Origin: an uncultured Chloroflexia bacterium
GTDB taxonomy: Bacteria; Chloroflexota; Limnocylindria; Limnocylindrales; CSP1-4
NCBI GenBank assembly: GCA_963720965.1
Contig: CAVRHD010000002.1
Location: 729,017 to 793,016 of the forward strand
Direction: 5' to 3'
DNA: 64,000 nt
This document shows, in pieces, positions 26,536 through 39,965 of the stretch. Every line of letters starts with the position of its first letter. The first letter of the stretch is position 1. The position numbers and the translations under genes are program-made. The notes beneath the pieces were generated by a model. It saw only the letters and a program-made list of their open reading frames with translations, did no database searches and was not told the DNA's origin.

Positions 26536-27536
26536 CGTCCGATCCGCACGAGCCAGCGGCCATGGGCGCGGCCGGCCAGGATCGCGTCCAGCGCTTCGGA
26601 CAGGCCGTCGAGGTCGATCTCCGTGACTCGGTCACCGAGGTTGAGCGGTCGCAGGTCGGTCGCCAGGCGTTCCCAGAGCGAACGACGCTCGTCGATCGGG
26701 ACTCCGGCTGAATCGACCCCGATCAGGCTGACGCCGCGCAGGATGAACGGAAATACGGTCGTGGAGAAGCTCGCTCCACCGGTGTTGCCCGAGGCGGCAA
26801 TGGCTCCGCCGTAGCGCAAGGTTCGGAGCAGGTAGGGCAGTGTCGCGCCGCCCACGCAATCGACCGCGGCGGCCCAGCGCTCGGCCTCCAGCGGCCTGGC
26901 GCTCTCGACGGTCAGCTCGTCGCGCGCCAGGATGCCGGCCACGCCCAGCGCGGCGAGGTCGGCGTGGACCGCCGGCTTGCCCGTCGAGGCCCAGGTCTCG
27001 TAGCCGCGAGCCAGCAGGATCGCGATCGCCGTGCGGCCCACTCCACCACTGGCACCAGTGACCAGGACCGGCCCGTCGGTCGGCGACAGGCCGCGCGCCT
27101 CCAGCCGGGCCACCGACATCGCGGCCGTGAAGCCGGCCGTGCCAATCGCCATTGCCGCGCGCCCGTCGAGGCCGGCCGGCAGGGGCACGACCCAGCCGGA
27201 CGGCAGGCGATTGAACTGGCCAAAGCCGCCGTGACGGGACACGCCCAGGTCGTAGCCGTGGGCGAGGATCCCCGTCCCGGGCGGAATGTCCGGGTCGCTG
27301 CTCGCGATGACTTCGCCGGCCAGGTCGATCCCGGGGATGAGCGGGCTGATCCGGGCGACCTTGCCGCCGGCAATCGTGGCCAGGCCGTCCTTATAGTTGA
27401 CGCTCGACCAGTCGATCCGGACGGTGACCTCGCCGGGCGGCAGGTCGGCCGACCGGAACATCCGGACCGAACGCTCGACCCGATCGTCGACCTTGTCGAC
27501 GACGAAGGCGCGAAACTCCGCGGGCAGCTCGGGCAT
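26532..27536 (-). CDS. MDR-family NADPH-dependent oxidoreductase (YhdH/AcuI-like)
   Basis: VRIDWSSVNYKD, VTGASGGVG, and the overall YhdH-type architecture. Confidence 0.75.
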   Translation of the reverse strand: MPELPAEFRAFVVDKVDDRVERSVRMFRSADLPPGEVTVRIDWSSVNYKDGLATIAGGKVARISPLIPGIDLAGEVIASSDPDIPPGTGILAHGYDLGVSRHGGFGQFNRLPSGWVVPLPAGLDGRAAMAIGTAGFTAAMSVARLEARGLSPTDGPVLVTGASGGVGRTAIAILLARGYETWASTGKPAVHADLAALGVAGILARDELTVESARPLEAERWAAAVDCVGGATLPYLLRTLRYGGAIAASGNTGGASFSTTVFPFILRGVSLIGVDSAGVPIDERRSLWERLATDLRPLNLGDRVTEIDLDGLSEALDAILAGRAHGRWLVRIGR

Positions 27537-27735
27537 CGGGCGATTCTACGGCCGGAACCACCTACTCCGGGCTGTGGGGTTGACGATCATGTCGGTGTCA
27601 CCCACCATTCCAGGCGTGACCCATACATCCGTTTCCTGGGAGATGTGTATGCCCTGGCGGCCCCGCCGTGCGGAGGATGGCGCCTGAGGTCACGCACACC
27701 TGAGCAGCAGGAGGCGGGACGCAGGCCGGTCCCGG

Positions 27736-30289
<2,554 letters not shown>

Positions 30290-30338
30290 GCATTCAGGCG
30301 TCGCCCAGCCGCGCGGCTGCCATGGCGCTAGCACCTGG

Positions 30339-31940
30339 TCAGGACGGCGTTGGCTCGGGTGAGTGCTCTTCCGACGGGCTTGCCGCCGGCGTCGGCGTGG
30401 GCGACCCGCCGCCGCTGCCGCTCGGTTTCGGGGTCGGCTTTGGCGTTGGCTTCGGGGTCGGCTTGGGCGTCGGGGCTGGCGCACAGCTGCCTACCCCCGA
30501 ACCACCGCCCCCGCTGATCGCGGGCGGTGCCAGGTAGCCCTTGCTGGGCAGCGTACCGGGCGTGGTGAACATCTGGGCTGCGAGTGCGCGAATCGCCTTG
30601 AGGTCGGGCAGCTGGATCGAGCCGCGGTAGTCCGATCCGGGCTTGACAAGGGGATGGTCGATCACCGCCCGGTACGTCTGGTTGCGCCCGATATGGGCCA
30701 TGTCGTCGGCCAGGTCCGGCAGGATCGAACGTGGCACGTTCGTGCTCAGGGTATTGCCGAGCGCCCGGAGCAGCCCGATCGGGTCCTTGAGGAAGCCGCC
30801 CTTGACGATCGAGTCGCGCAGGCCGGTGAGGATCTCCTGTTGGCGGGCGGCGCGGGTGAAGTCGGATTCACCGGCGGCCTTGCGGACGCGGGCATAGGCC
30901 AGCGCGGCCGTGCCGTTCAGGTGGTGATGGCCGGCCGTGATCGAGAAGCCGTTGGAATAGCCGTACATGTCGTACGTCGGGTCGCAGAAGCCGTGGGCAA
31001 CGTTGACGTCGACGCCGCCGACGTCGTTGACCACGGTGACGAAATTCTGCAGGTTGACCGAGGCGTAGTAGTCGATCTTGATGTTCAGGAGCGTGCCCAG
31101 GGCCGCCATCAGGACATCCATGCCCTGCCCGTTCGAACCGGGGAACTCCTTGGGATGAATCCGGGCGAACGAGTAGAGCCCGTTGATCTTGCCGCTGAAG
31201 ACGCGACCGTCAGGCAGGGGCACGTTGACCATGTCCCGGGGGACCGAGATCATCGAGACCGTACCGGTGACCGGGTCAAGCGAGGCGACGATCATCGTGT
31301 CGGTCGAGGACGTGTCGCGACCGAAGCCCGAGTCGAGGCCGACCAGCAGGACCGTGATCCGCTGCGGCCCAGTCGTAGCCGATGGCGCGACCGAAGGCGC
31401 CTCCGAGAACGACGGACCCGGGCTCAGGAAGTCACTCGGATCCGGGGCGACTGAGCCCTGGGGGGTCCAGGCACCCGGCGTCACCGTCTGCCCGACGAAG
31501 ATCTCGTCAGTGGCAATCCGGGCCTCGTTCGTGACGTAGCCGAGGACGACCTGAGGTCCCGCCAGGAGCAGGAACAGGATCGCGATCGGAACCGCATCGA
31601 GGACCCGAAGCCGGGGCAATTCCGGGGCGAACAGGCTGGTGCCGGCGGCCAGGACGCGCCAGACCAGGACAACTCCCTGGACGCCGATCAGCAGCCAGAA
31701 CACGTTAATCGCCTCGGCCGCCAGGCGCCCGCCGGATGTCGTCGCCACGATCATCAGGCTGACCAGGATCAGGGCCAGGAACGGGATGCCGAAGATCGCC
31801 GCCAGCTTGCGCCGGCCAGCGACGAGGTGGCCGAGGCCCGGCGCGATCGCATCGAGGACTGCCGGGACGTAGCGCGACCGCCAGGTCGGGGCGGTCGGGG
31901 CGGCGCTGTCCGGTCCGGGGCGAGGCGGAGGCGTCGTCAC
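30339..31940 (-). CDS. LytR-CpsA-Psr (LCP) family protein with (PTPK)n tail
   Basis: N-terminal TM helices, the LCP core VLLVGLDS...RDTSSTDTMIVASLDP...ISVPRD, and the C-terminal tail PTPKPTPKPTPKPTPKPSGSGG. Confidence 0.85.
   Translation of the reverse strand: MTTPPPRPGPDSAAPTAPTWRSRYVPAVLDAIAPGLGHLVAGRRKLAAIFGIPFLALILVSLMIVATTSGGRLAAEAINVFWLLIGVQGVVLVWRVLAAGTSLFAPELPRLRVLDAVPIAILFLLLAGPQVVLGYVTNEARIATDEIFVGQTVTPGAWTPQGSVAPDPSDFLSPGPSFSEAPSVAPSATTGPQRITVLLVGLDSGFGRDTSSTDTMIVASLDPVTGTVSMISVPRDMVNVPLPDGRVFSGKINGLYSFARIHPKEFPGSNGQGMDVLMAALGTLLNIKIDYYASVNLQNFVTVVNDVGGVDVNVAHGFCDPTYDMYGYSNGFSITAGHHHLNGTAALAYARVRKAAGESDFTRAARQQEILTGLRDSIVKGGFLKDPIGLLRALGNTLSTNVPRSILPDLADDMAHIGRNQTYRAVIDHPLVKPGSDYRGSIQLPDLKAIRALAAQMFTTPGTLPSKGYLAPPAISGGGGSGVGSCAPAPTPKPTPKPTPKPTPKPSGSGGGSPTPTPAASPSEEHSPEPTPS
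30424..30483. repeat. 12-nt tandem coding repeat encoding the (PTPK)n tail
   Basis: ggtttcggggtc ggctttggcgtt ggcttcggggtc ggcttgggcgtc ... read directly. Confidence 0.7.
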
Positions 31941-32269
31941 GGTCGGTAGGCTAGCAGAAGGTGCGACTCATGGCCGTGCTGCGCCCGCCGCCCGGCGCTA
32001 CTTGGACAAATTCCGCTCAGGATCGGATCGTGGCGGGTCCTCGTCCCTCGACCCGCCGGCTAGCTCAACGTTCAGCCTCGCAGTGCGCCGAGTGGCTGGA
32101 CCTGGGCTTCCAGGGCTCGCTCGAGCGCCCGACGTGCGGCGGTGGGCGGAATTTGGCACGAAGTAATGGCGCTTGCCGGAAACGTGGCCAGCCGGATTGC
32201 GCGATTCGATCTTCCGGCCCGAGGTGGCTCAGGTCGGGAACGTCTGGGGTATCATCCCGACCGGCCCAA

Positions 32270-32344
32270 TGGCGAGTGGCCAAGCGGTAAGGCGCCTGAC
32301 TCTGGATCAGGAGATCGAAGGTTCGAATCCTTCCTCGCCAGCCA
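32270..32344 (+). tRNA. tRNA-Gln (anticodon CUG)
   Basis: TGGCGAGTGGCCAAGCGGTAAGGCGCCTGACTCTGGATCAGGAGATCGAAGGTTCGAATCCTTCCTCGCCAGCCA has a U1-A72 acceptor, anticodon loop CTCTGGA, T-loop GGTTCGAATCC and an encoded CCA. Confidence 0.92.
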
Positions 32345-32345
32345 A
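32292..32345. repeat. attL-like direct repeat (3' part of tRNA-Gln)
   Basis: The 54-bp GCGCCTGACTCTGGATCAGGAGATCGAAGGTTCGAATCCTTCCTCGCCAGCCAA is identical to 44437..44490. Confidence 0.9.
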
Positions 32346-32527
32346 CACCTGAGCACGATTGTGCGCTTTGGCAGGTTGACCAACGCTTCCAGGATCTCGC
32401 GGAGATCCGGGAAGCGTTGAGGATCGCCGGTGCAGCCGTGGTCGAGGACACCCCAGCTCGCCGGCTTCGAACGATGCTCTCGGCGGACCCGTTCGGCAAT
32501 CGGATCGAGATCATGGCGAAGTCATGA
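32345..32527 (+). pseudogene. C-terminal remnant of a VOC/glyoxalase-family gene abutting attL
   Basis: The frame is open from the repeat boundary: ...FQDLAEIREALRIAGAAVVEDTPARRLRTMLSADPFGNRIEIMAKS*. DPFGNxIE is typical of VOC C-termini. No N-terminal half and no start codon. Confidence 0.5.
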
Positions 32528-32552
32528 GCTTGAACCCTGATTTCCTCCGGGT

Positions 32553-33247
32553 TTGCTCGTGGTTCCTCGAGACCGTCTGCGTTGGGGAGCTCATCCGACC
32601 GTGACCGCCGCGGCGCCCGACCACAACGCCGTCCTGCGGACTGCGGCCCGGGCCGCCCTCCTGCCGCTCGGGCTCATCCAGCGCGGACGCTCTCGGGTCT
32701 GGCTCGATGACCGTGGCTGGTTTCTGATCGTCGTCGAGTTCCAGCCCTCGAGCTGGAGCAAGGGAAGCTATCTGAACGTCGCCGCGATGTGGCTGTGGCG
32801 AGACAAGGACTACCTCAGTTTTGACTATGGCGGCCCAGACGGCGATCGGATCGCCGGATTCCACCGAGCGCAGATCAGGACTGGGCCGCAGCAACCAAAG
32901 AGCTCGCCGAACTCGCCGCTACTCGGGTGACCGAGCTGCGAGGCGAGCTCATCGATATTCGGTCGGTTGCCAGGGCTCTCCGAAGTAGTGCCGTCGGTTT
33001 CTGGCCGCAGTTCAACGCGGCGATCGCTTGCGCCATTGCGGGAGACCGCGAGTCGGCCCGCCAACTGATGGACCGCCAGCTCAGCGTGGAGGCTGAACAT
33101 CCCTGGCAAGTTCAAGGGCTTGAGGCGCTTCGCGGCTACCGCGACTTACTCGATGACGATGCGGCGTTCCGAGCCCGAGTCGAGCGGGAGATCGCTCGAG
33201 CCAGGACCACCCTCAAGCTAGCGGAGCGTCAGATCGAGATCGTCTGA
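32553..33247 (+). pseudogene. DUF4304-like protein, frame change near 32860
   Basis: First frame: RTAARAALLPLGLIQRGRSRVWLDDRGWFLIVVEFQPSSWSKGSYLNVAAMWLW, a DUF4304-like pattern. Natural-looking sequence continues in another frame: ADQDWAAATKELAELAATRVTELRGELIDIRSV... Confidence 0.5.
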
Positions 33248-33350
33248 ATTGCGCCCACACGATGAACGGATCGTGCGGGAGCAGCGGCCACCTTAGAAAC
33301 TCCTATCGGGAACGCGTCGTGTCTCGACCGGCAGTGGTAGGGTCCGAGCC

Positions 33351-36300
33351 ATGGCACCTGGGGCAGTGGGTGGGACCTTAGGACTGGGTCGGCTGGCTGC
33401 CAATCGAGTGCGAGCCGATCACACCTTCCTTCTGGCCCTATGGCTGATCATCCTGGCGGCGACGACCCTGGTCGCAACCGCCTTTCAGTACCGCGACATC
33501 GTCGCGATCGCCGGACTCCAGCAAGTAGTCACCAGCGCAGCCCCTGCAGACCGCGGGATCTCGGTCCAGACCACCGCGACGGTTGGACAGGAGCCGGCCT
33601 TCGATCACACGGTCCAGGGGATCATCGGCAAGGCGCTCGGCCCGGCGGCCGTGATCAACTTGGCCGCTCGTTCGAGCTCGCTTGCGCCACTGGGCATGGA
33701 CAGCGGGCAAGCCGCCTTGCATCTCACCGTCCTTGGGAGCTACACCGCCATCGAGGACCACGCCCAGCTGGCGACAGGTCGCTGGGCGGTGGGCGGGCAG
33801 GACCCGGTCGAAGCGACCCTCTCGGAAGGCGCGGCGAGGGCACTGGGACTCAAGATCGGCGACCAGCTCGCCCTCGTCGATGCATCCGTCCCGGGGACGC
33901 CGACGGCGCCACTGTTGAGCGTGGTCATCACCGGAATCTGGGTGCCCGACCCGACTGACGCCTATTGGTTCGGCGATCAGCTCGACCTCGAAGGAGTGCT
34001 CGACGAGGGCACGATTGCCTACCGGGGTCCCCTCATGGTCGCGCCCGAGGATCTCCTCGCTCGCGGCCTGGTCAAAGACCTCAGCCTGACCTGGCGGGCC
34101 GACCTCGTCGCCGGACTCCTCGACCCCAGCCGAGCTTCCCGCGTTGGCGCAAGCTGTCCCCGCCCTGACTCCCACGTTGGCTGCCGCGCTCCCGCCGCGT
34201 CAACCACTCAACGTCACCCTCGGAGTCGGACCGATCCTGGTCGGCACCCAGCAATCGCTCGTCGTCGCGGCGGGCGGCGTGACCCTGCTCGCGGTCCAGT
34301 TTGTCGTCCTCGCCGCGTTTGCGGTCATCCTCGGCGCAGGCCTGCTAGGCGAGCGTCGCCGACGCGAGAACCGGGTCCTCGAAAGCCGCGGGGCCACGCG
34401 TCTGGAGATCATCGCGGTGACGACCGTGGAGGCCATCCTCGTGACCGTCCCGGCGGTGCTTCTCGCCCCGGTCCTGTCGGCCGGGATCATCCATCTGCTG
34501 GCGATTGGCGGGCCCCTCGCCGCCGCGCGAATCAGCCTGCCCCTCACGCTGTCGGCCCAGGCTGCGCTCGGAGCGGCCGTCGCCGGCGTCGGCGCCATGA
34601 TCGCGTTGATCGGCCCGAGCCTCCCGCTGGGTCCGCGGCTCGCGACGCTCCGGCTGGCCGGCGGGCGGGAGGGCAGCCAGGTCTCGTTGCAGCGCTTTGG
34701 GGTCGATCTCGCCCTGCTCGTCGTCGCCGGCGTGGCCCTCTGGCAGCTGCGCGTCTATGGCTCGCCGGTCACCGGCAGCGATGGCGAGCTTGGGGTCAAC
34801 CCGCTGATCGTCGCCGGGCCGGCGATCGGCCTGGCTGCCGGTGCACTCGTGGCAACACGGGCCTTGCCCCGGATCGCTCGATTGGCGGAGGGGATTCTCG
34901 CGCACCGAGCCAGCCTCGTGCCCCAGCTCGGCGCCCACGACCTTGCCCGGCGACCGCTCCGTTCGATCCGATCAACGCTCCTGGTCATGCTGGCCGCGGG
35001 CCTGGCCACGTTCGCCCTGGTGTATGACGCGACGTGGGTGCAATCGCAGGCCGATCAGGCGGCCTACCAGGCCGCCGCGGACATTCGGGTCGTCACGCCC
35101 ACCAACTCGAAGACATCCGAAGCGCTTCTTGGCCCGACCTACCGCTCGATCCCAGGCGTCACCGTCGCCAGTCCAACCATCCGGACGGACCTCGATCTCG
35201 GCGGTTCGATCCGGACGGCCGACCTGATCGGTGTCGATGCGCGCCGAATGCCGGCCCAAGCCTATATCCAGGGCGGAGCCGGCGGGTCGCTGGGCCTCGC
35301 CATCAGGGCCCTGGCCGATGGCCGGCCGGGGCTCGCGGCACTTGCTCTGCCGGGGCAACCGGCGCGGCTTGAGGTCACCCTCGACGCTGCCATGAGCGCG
35401 GCAGCGCTGGATAACGGTGGGATACCGACCAAAGCAGATCCTCCCCGGCACGGACGATATCTCGGTGAGCGCCGTGGTCCTCGATGGCGACGGGGCGATC
35501 TGGCGCTTCACGAGCACGGATCAGGCCAGCTTCAGCGGCCCGGCCCAAACCCTCGAGATCCCGTTGGGAGCCGACGAAGCCGGCACGGCCGGAATCGTCG
35601 AGCACCTCGCTGCCCCACTCCGGCTCGAGTCGATCGAGGTCGCCCTGACACCGCCCAACCCGTCGTTTTCGACCGGAACGCTCACGACTGGGACCCTCGA
35701 CATCGGGCGGGTCGCGGTAAGCGATGCGTCGAGTGGAGACAGCTGGACTGCGGTGCCGTTCAACCCCGGGGCGACCGGCTGGACCTGGTTCAGGACCGAC
35801 AACGGGGCCCAGACACAGTACTTTCCACCCGCCGGTCGGCCGGATCGGATCGAGATCACGCCATCGACTCCGATCAAAGTGTTCACCGGCAATCCGGCGA
35901 CCGTCTTCCGGGCTCTGGCGACCCCAGCCAACGACATCGTGCCCCAGGCGATTGCCAGCACGGGCTTTCTGGCTGCCACGGGCAACCGGGTCGGCGATGG
36001 CCTCGTCGGCTCGATCACCGGCAACCCGATCCACCTCCAGATCGTCGGCAAGACCGACGCGCTGCCGCCGCTTGACCCGGCCAGGCCGTTCCTGCTTGTC
36101 GACGGACCAACGCTCGCGCTTGCCGACTACTTTGGCAGCGGGGCGGCCCTCCTGCCGACCGAGTGGTGGTTGTCGGTCACGCCGGGCGCCGCAGCCAGCG
36201 TCGATCGCCAGCTTCAAACGCCACCCTTCGCGGCGTCCACGGTCATTTCGCGCGATGCGCTCGACGAGGCCTTGCAAGGCGATCCGGTCGCGCTCGGGGT

Positions 36301-36721
36301 CGTTGGTGCTCTCCTTGTTGGGGCGATCTCGGCGTTGACGTTTGCGGCCGTTGGGTTCGTCGTGAGCGCGTCCGCATCGATCGGATCGCGAGCTGACGAG
36401 TTCGGCTTGCTGAGGGCCCTCGGCATGACCGATGGTCAGGTGATGCGATGGCTGGCGGCCGAGCAGGGGCTGCTGATCGCGGTGGGCCTCGTGGTCGGGA
36501 TCGCCCTCGGGATTGGGCTCGCCTGGGTCGTGCTGCCAGCGGTGAACTTCACACCAACCGGATTGCGACCCATCCCGGCGGCGACGATCGTGCTTCCGGT
36601 CGAGGTGTTCGCCGCGATGTTCGCGGGCGGCGTCGGGGTGCTCATCGCCACGCTCGTGATCGCCCGGCAAATCATCGTTGGGGTCTCGGTCGCGGCCACC
36701 CTCCGGGCCGTGGTCGAATGA
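33351..36721 (+). pseudogene. giant FtsX-like ABC-type permease, two frame changes
   Basis: Three consecutive ORFs in different frames (33351.., 34144.., 35417..36721) each read as contiguous parts of one MacB/FtsX-type permease. TM bundles are visible near 34250-34700 and 36290-36700. Junctions lie at about 34125 (within a CCCC run) and about 35440. Confidence 0.7.
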
Positions 36722-39477
36722 GCGGTCGCTGGTTGGCGCTGTGGTCTCGTGCGCCGCGCTCCGAACCGATCAGGACGCTCAGCGTGGCCGGGCTGATCGT
36801 GGTCACCGTGCTCCTCGCGTCATCGGTGCCGCGGGTCGTTGCCCTGGCCTCCGACCAGGCCCTGCACCAGGAGCTCGGGGCCGCACCGGCGGTGGTCCGC
36901 AATCTCGAGCTCGATCGCTTTGGCCGGATCTCCGAAGTAGCCGACGATCCACTCCGCCTGGTCGACACGATGGGCACTGCGCTCCAGGGCCAGTACCCGG
37001 ATCCGATCCCGGCATTGACGGCCAGGACCGAGACGGTGGTCGACACGCCGCTCTGGCATCCGAGCGCAGGCACCCCGCTCGACAGCGTCCTGAACCTGCG
37101 GATCCAGTCGGACGTCGAGCCCCATCTCCGGCTCGTGGCCGGCCGGTTGCCGAGCGGAGGGACGCAGACGATCGCCGACCCGACCCCCGGTGCGGCTCCG
37201 GACAGCCAGCTCGTTGTACTCGAGGTGGCCGCCTCGACCCAGACGGCCCAGAAGCTCCAGGTCCCGCTGGGCGGTCGGCTGATCCTCGAGCCCGAGCCGA
37301 GCGACCCGCTCGCCGCGAGTCGCGATGTCCGCATCGCGATTGACCTGGTCGGCACGTACGAGGTCGTCGATCCCACGGATCCGTTCTGGATGAACGACCA
37401 GAGCGTCGACCACACCTTCACGTACGCCCTTCAGGGATTCACCGAGTACGTCGGCGCGACGATGCTTCTGTCGCCCGATGCCTACCCGGCCCTGATGGAC
37501 GCGACGCGGGCATCGGGACTGCCGATGACCTACCGCTGGCGCTCCTACCTCGACCCGGCCCGGCTCGAGTCGAGCCAGCTCGATGGGCTGGCGGCGGCCC
37601 TACGGCGGGCCGAGACGCTCTACCCCCCGGCCAATCCCGCCCTTGCCGGGGGTGCTCTGGGCGGGCCCGATCTGCTCAGCCCGGCCGCGCTCCAGACGGG
37701 CCTGCTCGGCCTGGTTGAGACCCACCAGGCACGCTGGCAGTCGGGAGAGGCGATCCTGGCGATCCTGTGGACGGGCGTCGCGATCGTGATCTTGGCCAGC
37801 CTGGCCCTCGTCGCGGAGGCGATTGCCCGCCGGCGCGGGAGCTCGCTCTCGATCGTCGATCGGCGGGGAGCTTCGGCGAGCCAGCTCCGCACTGCCATCC
37901 TGGGCGAGGCGCTTGTCTTGGTCGTGCCGGCCGCCCTGGCAGGGATGATCCTGGCGATCGTCCTGGTCCCCGCGAGCGACCTCGGACCGACCCTGATCGT
38001 GGCCGGCACGGTGGCCCTTGCCGCGGTTGTGCTGCTGGCCGGGGCTGGCCTGCGTCAGCGGCGGTCCACCGATCCGCTCCGCACGGTGCGCTCGCGGCGA
38101 ACCGGTTCGGGCCGGCTGGTCGCCGAGGCGTTGGTGGTGGGCCTGGCGATCGTGAGTGCGATCGCCCTGCGTGGCGCCAACGGATCCGACAGTGCAACAG
38201 GTGCCGAGGCCAATCCACTCCTTGCGCTCGCGCCGGCCCTGGTCGGGCTGGCAGCCGGAATCATCGTGGTCCGGGGGCTGCCGCTCGTCCTTCGCCCGAT
38301 CGGAGCGGCGCTTGCCCGGGGACGCGGGCTGGTGGCGGTCCTGGGCGTCTGGCGAGCGACACGCGAAGGCAGCATCTCGGCGGTCCTGGTCGTGGCCCTG
38401 ACCGCAACGATGGTTGGCACGTTCGCGTCAGCTCTGCTCGATCGGATCAACACCGGCACGACGGCGGCCTCCTGGCAGCTGGTCGGGGCCGACTTCCAGG
38501 TCTCTGGGCGGACTGACGACCTGGCAGCGTTCGAGACCCGAAAAGCGCCCGGCATCGAAGCTGAGTCGCCCATCAGCGTGAGCAGCGTCACCGTGAGCAC
38601 TGGTGGGGCACGCAACCTGGTCGTCGTTGACCCGGCTTCGCTCGGCGCGGTGGCCGGCGGAACGCCGGCCCAACCGGGGATCCCGGCGGCGCTGGCCGGC
38701 TCGGCCACGGGCTCGGTCCCGGCGCTGGTGTCCGGGGGCGGCGAGGGCACCGGTCCGATCGCTGCAGGCCAGACCTTCACGATCTGGCTGGGCGGCACCC
38801 CGGTCTCCCTATATGCCGTCGATGTCCGGGCCGGGTTTCCCGCCGCACCAGTCGGCCAGCCGTTCATCGTCGTCTCGAGAGCCCAGCTGGCGGCGATCTC
38901 GCAGGGATCACCAATCGCGCCGACCGCGATCCTCGTCCGGGCACCCGGCCTGTCGGTTGACCAGATCAATGCGGCGGCGAGCGGCCTGCCGACGGTCACC
39001 GTCCAGGGCCGAGCGGCCACCGAGAGCAATCTGCGCAGTGCCCCGATTGTGACCGCCGTGTCGCTCGGGATCGCGACCGGCGCCCTCGCCGTCCTGGTCT
39101 ACGGCATGCTCACGATCGTGCTGGCGATCGCGCTCGCAACGGCCAGCCGCCGGAACGAGACCGCCCGGCTTCAGATCCTCGGCCTGTCGAACGGCCAGGG
39201 CGTGAGCGTCGTGTTGCTGGAGTACCTGCCGGCCGTGGTCGTGGGCGTCGTCGTCGGATTCGGCGTTGGCATCCTCCTGGTCGAGTTCGTCGGTCCGGGG
39301 CTGGGTTTGCCCGCCGTCCTCGGCGTCGCCGAGCTGTTGCCTTCTGCGCCCGACATCGGCCGGCTCGCGGTCCCAGCTCTCATCACGCTGGCACTGGTCG
39401 CTGGCGCGACGGTACTCTCGACCGTGCTCGAGCGGCGCAGCCAGCTCGCAACGGCACTCCGGGATGGGACGCAGTGA
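36718..39477 (+). CDS. giant FtsX-like ABC-type permease (919 aa, intact)
   Basis: The ATG forms an ATGA overlap with the preceding gene's stop. There is an N-terminal TM helix, large extracytoplasmic domains and two FtsX-type 4-TM bundles (about 37700-38400 and 39030-39450). Confidence 0.75.
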   Translation: MSGRWLALWSRAPRSEPIRTLSVAGLIVVTVLLASSVPRVVALASDQALHQELGAAPAVVRNLELDRFGRISEVADDPLRLVDTMGTALQGQYPDPIPALTARTETVVDTPLWHPSAGTPLDSVLNLRIQSDVEPHLRLVAGRLPSGGTQTIADPTPGAAPDSQLVVLEVAASTQTAQKLQVPLGGRLILEPEPSDPLAASRDVRIAIDLVGTYEVVDPTDPFWMNDQSVDHTFTYALQGFTEYVGATMLLSPDAYPALMDATRASGLPMTYRWRSYLDPARLESSQLDGLAAALRRAETLYPPANPALAGGALGGPDLLSPAALQTGLLGLVETHQARWQSGEAILAILWTGVAIVILASLALVAEAIARRRGSSLSIVDRRGASASQLRTAILGEALVLVVPAALAGMILAIVLVPASDLGPTLIVAGTVALAAVVLLAGAGLRQRRSTDPLRTVRSRRTGSGRLVAEALVVGLAIVSAIALRGANGSDSATGAEANPLLALAPALVGLAAGIIVVRGLPLVLRPIGAALARGRGLVAVLGVWRATREGSISAVLVVALTATMVGTFASALLDRINTGTTAASWQLVGADFQVSGRTDDLAAFETRKAPGIEAESPISVSSVTVSTGGARNLVVVDPASLGAVAGGTPAQPGIPAALAGSATGSVPALVSGGGEGTGPIAAGQTFTIWLGGTPVSLYAVDVRAGFPAAPVGQPFIVVSRAQLAAISQGSPIAPTAILVRAPGLSVDQINAAASGLPTVTVQGRAATESNLRSAPIVTAVSLGIATGALAVLVYGMLTIVLAIALATASRRNETARLQILGLSNGQGVSVVLLEYLPAVVVGVVVGFGVGILLVEFVGPGLGLPAVLGVAELLPSAPDIGRLAVPALITLALVAGATVLSTVLERRSQLATALRDGTQ

Positions 39478-39627
39478 ACCCGACATGTCGCCGTGCTCTG
39501 CTTGGGCGTCGAGCTCTCCTATCGATCCCCACGCCAATCACCTGAATTTGTCCACGGCGAGGCCACACGATGACCAGATCGTGGCGACTCGCCTGGCGGG
39601 GGTGATCCATTACGGCGCCGGGCGGCC

Positions 39628-39927
39628 TCACACGCCTTTCTTGCGAATGGCCCGTTCGATCATTCGGGCCAACTTCCGCATCGCTTCCACATTCGTGCGC
39701 AATGCAGCGCGGTCAAAATGTTCCGACTTGAACTGATGACCGAGCACCACGTAAAGCTTCGTAGCCTGAGCTTTTCGCTCGGCGACAGCCTCCCAATCGG
39801 CATCGGTAAATCCATATGAGGATCCGATCGGAGAAGGCGGCAACATCTTCGGCGTCCCGCCCGAATCCAGCGCGGCTCCGGCTGCCGAGGTCGCGCCCTC
39901 AGGCGTCGGGCTCGGTTCGGCCGCCAA
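39628..39927 (-). CDS. hypothetical protein
   Basis: ORF in a visibly lower-GC patch. The C-terminal half has normal composition (FTDADWEAVAERKAQATKLYVVLGHQFKSEHFDRAAL...). The start is uncertain. Confidence 0.4.
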   Translation of the reverse strand: MAAEPSPTPEGATSAAGAALDSGGTPKMLPPSPIGSSYGFTDADWEAVAERKAQATKLYVVLGHQFKSEHFDRAALRTNVEAMRKLARMIERAIRKKGV

Positions 39928-39965
39928 GGCGGCCGCCCGCTGGTCCTCGTATCTGCCACGGGACG

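Noticed and set aside
32065-32514. 149-aa minus-strand ORF spanning tRNA-Gln.
   Set aside because: It overlaps a well-supported tRNA and the plus-strand VOC remnant, and its composition is not protein-like.
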